The position numbers and the translations under genes were made by a program. Of a stretch of DNA of 32,000 nt, positions 26,708 through 32,000 are shown piece by piece (within the stretch, counting starts at the first letter, position 1; every line of letters begins with the position of its first letter). This DNA is from Candidatus Nitrospira inopinata (lineage in GTDB: Bacteria; Nitrospirota; Nitrospiria; Nitrospirales; Nitrospiraceae): contig NZ_LN885086.1 in the NCBI RefSeq assembly GCF_001458695.1, positions 1,920,001-1,952,000 of the forward strand, read 5' to 3'. Below the pieces are notes generated by a model. The model searched no databases, was not told the DNA's origin, and worked only from the letters and a program-made list of their open reading frames with translations.

Positions 26708-27538
26708 TCAGTCGATACGGGCGGGGTTCGGGACCTCCTTGAAGAGGAGATCGGCAAATTGCCTCCCAAAGTTGAGCCGGTCGGCCACATTCGTCCCGGA
26801 GAGAAAGCGTCCGGCCAGATCGGCCAAGGCCGCGTCGCGCGAGGCCATGAATCGGTGGACATCAGCCGGAGCGACCAGCCAATAACCCCTAAGACGAAAG
26901 AAAGCCAGGACACAGTCCTCGTAAAACAGGCTCAGCAGATATTGCGCCGCAGCCGGTTTGTCGGAGAGATCTTCCGCCTTCCCCAACCAGTGATAGCACT
27001 CGGCTTTCAGGCGAATTCGCTCATTGATCGTGGCCGGAGGCGGGCCCTGACGGAACCGGTGGTGGGCCTTCTGAATCAACTGCGCGCAAATTCCATTGTG
27101 GTCGAACAGGATGCGGGCTTTTCTGAGCAGTGAAGGCAATCGGAGAGAGTGCGCGAGTTCCTCCTCGACCTCTTTGTGCCCTCGGTATCGGATGTCGGCC
27201 AGGCGGTCTCCGACGCGCAGGATTTCGTGGCCGTCGGCCTGGCCCTTGACCAAAGCGATCAAATCGATGTCGCTATGGGGGGTGACGGCTCGACGCGCTC
27301 CCGATCCGACGAGCAGCACACCGACCAAATCACCCCCTCGCCAGCCCTTGACATGGCTCAGAGCGACGTCGACTCCGTCGTCGAAACCGGGAGTCTTGGG
27401 CGAGGCCGGCTGTTCCGGCTGTTCCGGAACGTCCAGCAGCTCGGCGTTGAGTTCTTCGCGGGTCGGTAAGTCGGGAGCTTTGCTCGAATCCGCCACCGGA
27501 TCGGTCGATGATTTCATGGAGGTATATTTTACGGTCAA
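26708..27538 (-). CDS. Nucleotidyltransferase-domain protein (Pol-beta superfamily, KNTase/MNT-like) with helical C-terminal domain
   Basis: VGSGARRAVTPHSDIDLI matches the GS-x(n)-D-x-D minimal nucleotidyltransferase motif. The N-terminal ~50 aa are low-complexity. Start is uncertain (TTG 27538 or ATG 27517). Confidence 0.65.
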   Translation of the reverse strand: MTVKYTSMKSSTDPVADSSKAPDLPTREELNAELLDVPEQPEQPASPKTPGFDDGVDVALSHVKGWRGGDLVGVLLVGSGARRAVTPHSDIDLIALVKGQADGHEILRVGDRLADIRYRGHKEVEEELAHSLRLPSLLRKARILFDHNGICAQLIQKAHHRFRQGPPPATINERIRLKAECYHWLGKAEDLSDKPAAAQYLLSLFYEDCVLAFFRLRGYWLVAPADVHRFMASRDAALADLAGRFLSGTNVADRLNFGRQFADLLFKEVPNPARID

Positions 27539-27621
27539 TTTCCGGGGATCGCGTTGACAACCTGGTCGGCATTCTATGGAGGGTGAGAACGAGTGTCAAT
27601 GCACGAGAACGCGAGGAGCAG

Positions 27622-28653
27622 TCACGGCGCGAGAACCCGCGCGAAAACGGCTCCGGCTTCGTCGATCTGTTTTGCGGTTACGTTGAGATGGGTGACGGCT
27701 CGATAACTCAAGCCGCCGATCGCGTTGATCAGGACGCCTTCTTGTTTCAACGCGGCGACGATTTCGGCCGGTGTGCGGCGATCGCCGACGACGTCGAAGA
27801 TCACGATATTGGTTTCGACGTGTTGAGGAGCGATGCGGACGGATGGAATGTGCTGGAGAAGGCGGGCCAACTTTTTGGCGTTCGTATGATCTTCCGCCAG
27901 ACGCGCGACGTGGTGCTCCAACGCGTAGATGCCGGCGGCGGCCAACACGCCGGCCTGGCGCATGGCGCCGCCGTACATGCGGCGAAAGCGCCGCGCACGC
28001 TCGATGAGCTGCTGATCGCTTGAGATCAACAAAGAGCCGGCCGGGGCGCCGAGCCCCTTGGACAGACAAATCGAAACCGTCTCAAAGTGTTGAGCGTAGG
28101 AAGCGGGAGGAATGGTCGTGGCGGCCACGGCGTTCATGAGGCGGGCGCCGTCCAAATGCATGGGAATCCCGTGTTTGACGGCCACGGCTCGGATCTTCTC
28201 GATGGTGGAGAGGGGATAGATCGTGCCGCCGCCCGCGTTGTGAGTGTTTTCGAGACAAATGAGGCCCGTGGGGATACTATGGGGATCTTTCGGTCGGATG
28301 GCGGCTTCTACTTGCTCAGCCGTGATGATGCCCCGTTCTCCCGGCACCCAGTGTAACTGCACCCCGGCCAACGCGCCGGCGGCGCCCTGCTCGTACCGGA
28401 CGACGTGGCTCGTGCCCTCAACGATGACTTCCTGCCCTGGCTGGGTTTGGGAGCGGATGGCAAGCTGGTTCGCCATGGTGCCGGAGGGAACAAAAAGGGC
28501 GAATCGCTTGCTCAGCATAGCCGCCGCCATCTCTTGCAGGCGGTTGACTGTGGGGTCTTCGCCATAGACGTCATCGCCCACCTCGGCCTCGGCCATGGCT
28601 TTGCGCATGCCGTCCGTCGGCTTGGTGACGGTGTCGCTGCGAAGGTCGATCAC
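27622..28653 (-). CDS. ltaE: Low-specificity L-threonine aldolase (PLP-dependent)
   Basis: [14 protein letters not shown]-terminus, [10 protein letters not shown], and the [14 protein letters not shown]-lysine motif. GTG at 28653 is preceded by AGAGGAG at 5-nt spacing. The track start at 28725 is a TTG extension. Confidence 0.88.
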   Translation of the reverse strand: MIDLRSDTVTKPTDGMRKAMAEAEVGDDVYGEDPTVNRLQEMAAAMLSKRFALFVPSGTMANQLAIRSQTQPGQEVIVEGTSHVVRYEQGAAGALAGVQLHWVPGERGIITAEQVEAAIRPKDPHSIPTGLICLENTHNAGGGTIYPLSTIEKIRAVAVKHGIPMHLDGARLMNAVAATTIPPASYAQHFETVSICLSKGLGAPAGSLLISSDQQLIERARRFRRMYGGAMRQAGVLAAAGIYALEHHVARLAEDHTNAKKLARLLQHIPSVRIAPQHVETNIVIFDVVGDRRTPAEIVAALKQEGVLINAIGGLSYRAVTHLNVTAKQIDEAGAVFARVLAP

Positions 28654-28751
28654 GGACGCTCCTCTTTCCTCTGGCCGGACATCAAAGCGCGCCCATTCTA
28701 GCAGAATCTTCTCCTTGCGGGCCAAACCGGACCTGCTAGACTGGCCCGTCT

Positions 28752-30071
28752 ATGGCAACGGAGATTGAACCGGATCGCTCGCTCCTGAATCGGGGGGCTG
28801 CTTTGTTCGGCGCTCGGCCGGAAGAAGTGCTGCCGCTGGCCTGGGCGTTCGCCTATTTTTTCTGCCTCCTCTGCGGCTATTCGATTCTCCGTCCGGTGCG
28901 TGACGAAATGGCCATCGAAGGGGGGATCAAGCACCTTCCCTGGCTGATGAGCGCCACATTCGTCACGATGTTGCTCGCGACGCCGCTGTTCGGCTGGCTC
29001 TCCGCCCGCTGTTCGCGCTCTCGATTGCTCCTGACGATCTATACGTTCTTCATGGCCAATCTAGCGGTCTTTTATGTCGTGATGTCGAGCCATTGGCAGG
29101 CGGAATGGGTGGCCCGCGGGTTTTTCGTTTGGCTGTCGGTGTTCAACCTGTTCGTCGTGTCGGTGTTTTGGAGTTTCATGGACGATCTGTTTACGCCGGA
29201 GCAGGGAGCGAGGCTGTTTGGTGTCATCGCCGCCGGCGGGAGCAGCGGCGCGTTGCTCGGCCCCCTGCTCACGACGGGGTTGACCTTTTTTATTTCGGTC
29301 CCGGAGTTGATGCTGATCTCGGCCGGCTTTCTGGGGTTGTGTCTGGTTTGTATCGACCGGCTGGAACGATGGGGGGCCGCGCGCACGGCCCGTCATCCGC
29401 CTCATCCAGGCGACCCGCTCAGGGGAGGCGTGTTGGCGGGCGTGCGCCTCGCCCTGTCTTCGCCCTATCTTCTGGGCATTTGCGGCTACATCGGGCTGCT
29501 GACCATGACGGCCACGTTTCTTTACTTTGAGCAGACCAGACTCGTGGCGGACTATCTGGATCAGCCGGAAGCCAGGACCAGACTCTTTTCCGCGATTGAT
29601 TTCACGACCAATCTGTTGACGTGGACGACCCAGCTTTTCATCACCAATCGGCTGATCGGGCGATTCGGCCTGGTCGCGGGCCTCGTGTGTCTGCCGGCGA
29701 TCAGCGTCGCGGGATTTCTGGGGATCGCCCTCTGGCCGACGCTCGCCGTCTACGTCGTCTTTTCGGTTCTGCGAAGAGTGAGCGAATATGCCCTCTCCAA
29801 ACCGTCGCGCGAAGTGTTGTTTACCGCGCTTAGTCGCGAAGAAAAGTACAAGGCCAAAAATTTCATCGACACGGCCGTCTCTCGGGGCGGCGATGCCTCC
29901 ACCGCCTGGCTGGTCAGCGGCTTGAAATCGTTGGGAGCCACGACGGCCCACATCGCCTGGGCCCTGGTGCCGTTGATGGTTGCATGGGTGTGGCTCGCGA
30001 GGGTGTTGGCGCGGAGGAAAGAGCAAAGGTCAGAGCCGACAGTCCTTGATGAAGTTTCCTCAGGTCGATAA
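28752..30071 (+). CDS. Multi-pass membrane transporter, TLC (ATP/ADP translocase)-like / MFS-type
   Basis: 439 aa with about 11-12 hydrophobic segments. The N-terminal block EEVLPLAWAFAYFFCLLCGYSILRPVRDEMAIEGG resembles the conserved N-terminus of Npt/Tlc nucleotide transporters (..LPL...F......Y.ILR..KD..). Family assignment is from memory. Confidence 0.6.
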   Translation: MATEIEPDRSLLNRGAALFGARPEEVLPLAWAFAYFFCLLCGYSILRPVRDEMAIEGGIKHLPWLMSATFVTMLLATPLFGWLSARCSRSRLLLTIYTFFMANLAVFYVVMSSHWQAEWVARGFFVWLSVFNLFVVSVFWSFMDDLFTPEQGARLFGVIAAGGSSGALLGPLLTTGLTFFISVPELMLISAGFLGLCLVCIDRLERWGAARTARHPPHPGDPLRGGVLAGVRLALSSPYLLGICGYIGLLTMTATFLYFEQTRLVADYLDQPEARTRLFSAIDFTTNLLTWTTQLFITNRLIGRFGLVAGLVCLPAISVAGFLGIALWPTLAVYVVFSVLRRVSEYALSKPSREVLFTALSREEKYKAKNFIDTAVSRGGDASTAWLVSGLKSLGATTAHIAWALVPLMVAWVWLARVLARRKEQRSEPTVLDEVSSGR

Positions 30072-30082
30072 ACAAGATCGCT

Positions 30083-30649
30083 CTAGCTCACCACCCGCGT
30101 AAGCGTGTTTTCATCCGTATGATGAAACAAATCCGGACGGCCGGGCATGAGAAGCTGGGTGTCTTCCCGATAGTGAAAGTGATTCCGATCTAAGATCGTC
30201 ACGGTCAACTCGTACCGCACGGTCTTGAACTCCTTGGCGAGAAACCGGTTTGAGCAAATGCCATAGGTGTCCGATCCGGCCTCGGCCAGCAGGGTAAAGG
30301 TCTTGGCAGTGGGCTCGGCCGTGCCGCCGGCGATCAGCGCCACCCCGCGCGGCACGATGAAACAGCGCAACGCCTGTCGCTCCTCCGGATCCCAGAGCCA
30401 GTAGCCGACTTCTTCATGGAAGGGATCGGTCTCCCCGATCCGCCGCGCCACCGTGGCGTAGCGTAAGCCGTACAACACCTGCTCGTGATTGCGTATCGGT
30501 CCGATCGGCTCAAAAGTGATCCGTTCGCGAAAGACGTTTCGTTCCGTCCCGCGATCGTCCCCCGGAGCCACGTCCGCACCTTTATCCCCCTCCCACACAC
30601 CGGCCAGCAGCGCCAGCGGCCCGAGCTGTTTAATCAGATCCGAATCCAT
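30083..30649 (-). CDS. Lipocalin-like beta-barrel protein, nitrobindin/THAP4-heme-binding (DUF1794)-like
   Basis: 188 aa from the ATG at 30649, preceded by AAGGAGG. LGPLALLAGVWEGDKG and downstream alternating beta-strand-like sequence resemble this family. Assignment is from memory. Confidence 0.5.
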   Translation of the reverse strand: MDSDLIKQLGPLALLAGVWEGDKGADVAPGDDRGTERNVFRERITFEPIGPIRNHEQVLYGLRYATVARRIGETDPFHEEVGYWLWDPEERQALRCFIVPRGVALIAGGTAEPTAKTFTLLAEAGSDTYGICSNRFLAKEFKTVRYELTVTILDRNHFHYREDTQLLMPGRPDLFHHTDENTLTRVVS

Positions 30650-30886
30650 AAGGCCTCCTTCTTGTTGACGATGGGACACCGGTGAGGTGACAAAAGCCCG
30701 GACTGCGCCATTCGTAACCGTTCCGTATCTGTGGCGAAGCCGGCTCACTATCCCAGTCGTACAGGTTGTCCGTCAAGCGGGAGATGGAGGTCGGGCCCAT
30801 TCGTCGAAGCAGCAAAAGCGCCAAAACTCCTATTGCTTCGTCTTGGTATACGTGTTAAGACGGAGCCTCCTCACCGAAGAAACGGT

Positions 30887-31207
30887 ATGATCATGACTCG
30901 AGACTCTCACGTGGCGCGACAGTTCGGCGCCAGCATCACGTTGAAGCGAGCAGAAAGTTCCGATCGGCAGCTTTTCCTTGTGAAATACGACCCATCCAAT
31001 CAGACGATCCCGGGCCGGGTGAAAGCCATGGGGGGGAAAATCGTTTTGAGTGCGTCCGGTTGGATGTTGGCGGAACTGCCCTTTTCGCCGGCCATGAGCC
31101 TTCAAAAGACCCCGGGATTTCATTTCGTCAGGGGAGTGTCGATTGACCAACGCCGGCTGGAGCTGTTTCGGCGTGCGGTCGAGGGAGCAAAATCCGATCG
31201 CGGATAA
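30887..31207 (+). CDS. Hypothetical small protein (106 aa)
   Basis: In-frame ATGs at 30887 and 30893. Sits just upstream of, and co-directional with, the tandem paralogs. The alternating pattern FLVKYDP...GGKIVLSASGWMLAELPF...GFHFVRGVSID is faintly reminiscent of peptidase-propeptide/inhibitor-I9-like folds, which is speculative. Confidence 0.45.
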   Translation: MIMTRDSHVARQFGASITLKRAESSDRQLFLVKYDPSNQTIPGRVKAMGGKIVLSASGWMLAELPFSPAMSLQKTPGFHFVRGVSIDQRRLELFRRAVEGAKSDRG

Positions 31208-31231
31208 ACCGACCGAAAGAAGGAGGTGCCT

Positions 31232-31753
31232 ATGCCCAGTGTAGGTCAGGAGTTGCTGGATACCCCGTTTCCGGAAATGGTCACCAAATTGGCCCTCGGC
31301 ATCGCCGCGGGGCAAACGGCGTTGGACGAAGCATCGGTGGCGACGGCGAAACTGTTGGCCGAGACGACCGTGCCGATCGTGCTGAACGTCACACAGACCA
31401 TCGCCGCCGACGGGACCGTCAGTTTCTCACAGTCGCCCCCCGTGGACGTCTCGTTGCTGCAGATCGGTCTGCTCCCGACGTTCTATCAGTTCACCGAGGC
31501 GACGATCGAAGTCACCATGGATATTAAGACCACCACAAGCCGCGAAACCAACGTGAAGATCGCGGCGCAGGCCAAGGTGGGCTTCGCGGTCTGGAGCGCT
31601 TCCGTAAAGGTGGACGTGGCGCATAACCGCAAATACGGCAAAGAGGTCAGGGGCACGGCCCGACTGTTCACGAGACTGGCTCCGGTGCCGCCTCCCCCGC
31701 GCATTGCGCCGGAAGTGACCGTGGTCGATAACCGTCAGGGTGGAGGCGTGTAA
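31232..31753 (+). CDS. Hypothetical protein, paralog 1 of a tandem pair (173 aa)
   Basis: ATG at 31232 with a strong SD GAAGGAGG 6 nt upstream. It has an N-terminal helix-like LALGIAAGQTALDEAS segment, then a beta-rich region (LLQIGLLPTFYQFTEATIEVTMDIK). It is homologous to the next ORF. Confidence 0.7.
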   Translation: MPSVGQELLDTPFPEMVTKLALGIAAGQTALDEASVATAKLLAETTVPIVLNVTQTIAADGTVSFSQSPPVDVSLLQIGLLPTFYQFTEATIEVTMDIKTTTSRETNVKIAAQAKVGFAVWSASVKVDVAHNRKYGKEVRGTARLFTRLAPVPPPPRIAPEVTVVDNRQGGGV

Positions 31754-32000
31754 TGTCGATTCGTCTGACTCCGCGCGACGCGAATGGAGGGCAAGAGCTG
31801 GCGGGGGCGTCGCTGGCCGACCTCATCACGCAACTGGCGGAAGCCGTCGCCGAGGGACAGGCGAAATTGGATCTGTCGTCGGCGCAGGTCGCAGCCGAGC
31901 TGGCGAAGACGAAGGTGAAATTCATTCCGGCTATTCGGCAGATCATTGAAAAAGACGGCTCCATGCGATTCGAGCAGGCCGAGCCGATGGAGGTCAGCCT
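31753..32000 (+). CDS. Hypothetical protein, paralog 2 (5' partial, runs off the window)
   Basis: ATG at 31753 overlaps the upstream TAA (TAATG). My translation is MSIRLTPRDANGGQELAGASLADLITQLAEAVAEGQAKLDLSSAQVAAELAKTKVKFIPAIRQIIEKDGSMRFEQAEPMEVS..., open to the window end. It is not in the ORF track because no stop is reached. Confidence 0.65.
   Translation, partial: MSIRLTPRDANGGQELAGASLADLITQLAEAVAEGQAKLDLSSAQVAAELAKTKVKFIPAIRQIIEKDGSMRFEQAEPMEVS

Noticed and set aside
1-32000. Search for CRISPR arrays, tRNA/rRNA genes, IS elements, integrases, phage genes and long direct repeats.
   Set aside because: All intergenic gaps are under 300 nt and none shows repeat-spacer periodicity, cloverleaf-compatible sequence or terminal inverted repeats. 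No ORF resembles a transposase or integrase. This is a visual scan only, and tRNAscan or Infernal would be needed to be definitive.

Overview
High-GC (about 60% by eye) bacterial chromosomal window, densely coding with about 33 protein genes. I saw no rRNA, tRNA, CRISPR array, transposase or integrase. Most genes are recognisable housekeeping or accessory metabolism: uppS, tldD/pmbA, dienelactone hydrolase, family-4 uracil-DNA glycosylase, and a HAD hydrolase / squalene-phytoene synthase / HpnE-like oxidase operon. Also present are class II (B12-dependent) ribonucleotide reductase, a YjbQ-family protein, gnd-zwf, threonine aldolase, an SGNH hydrolase and a TLC-like transporter. A long co-directional minus-strand string (20814 down to 14111) encodes signalling-type proteins: a HEAT-repeat protein translationally coupled to an HD-GYP phosphodiesterase, a FolB-methyltransferase fusion, a PHP phosphoesterase, and a Ser/Thr kinase with an N-terminal membrane domain. 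The stand-out is a compact three-gene minus-strand operon at 22058-23842 with its own near-consensus sigma70-type promoter. It encodes an 82-aa peptide with a single C-terminal CPAC motif and no signal peptide, then a DUF692/MNIO-type iron enzyme, then a DUF2063/MbnC-like partner. This is the architecture of an MNIO-dependent RiPP pathway, but the precursor does not look like methanobactins, bufferins, pearlins or chryseobasins. A second candidate sits at the right edge (30887-32000): a small orphan ORF followed by two tandem, overlapping-stop/start paralogs of unknown function, truncated by the window end. Many long ORFs in the six-frame track are antisense shadows or N-terminal over-extensions typical of high-GC DNA and were not called.
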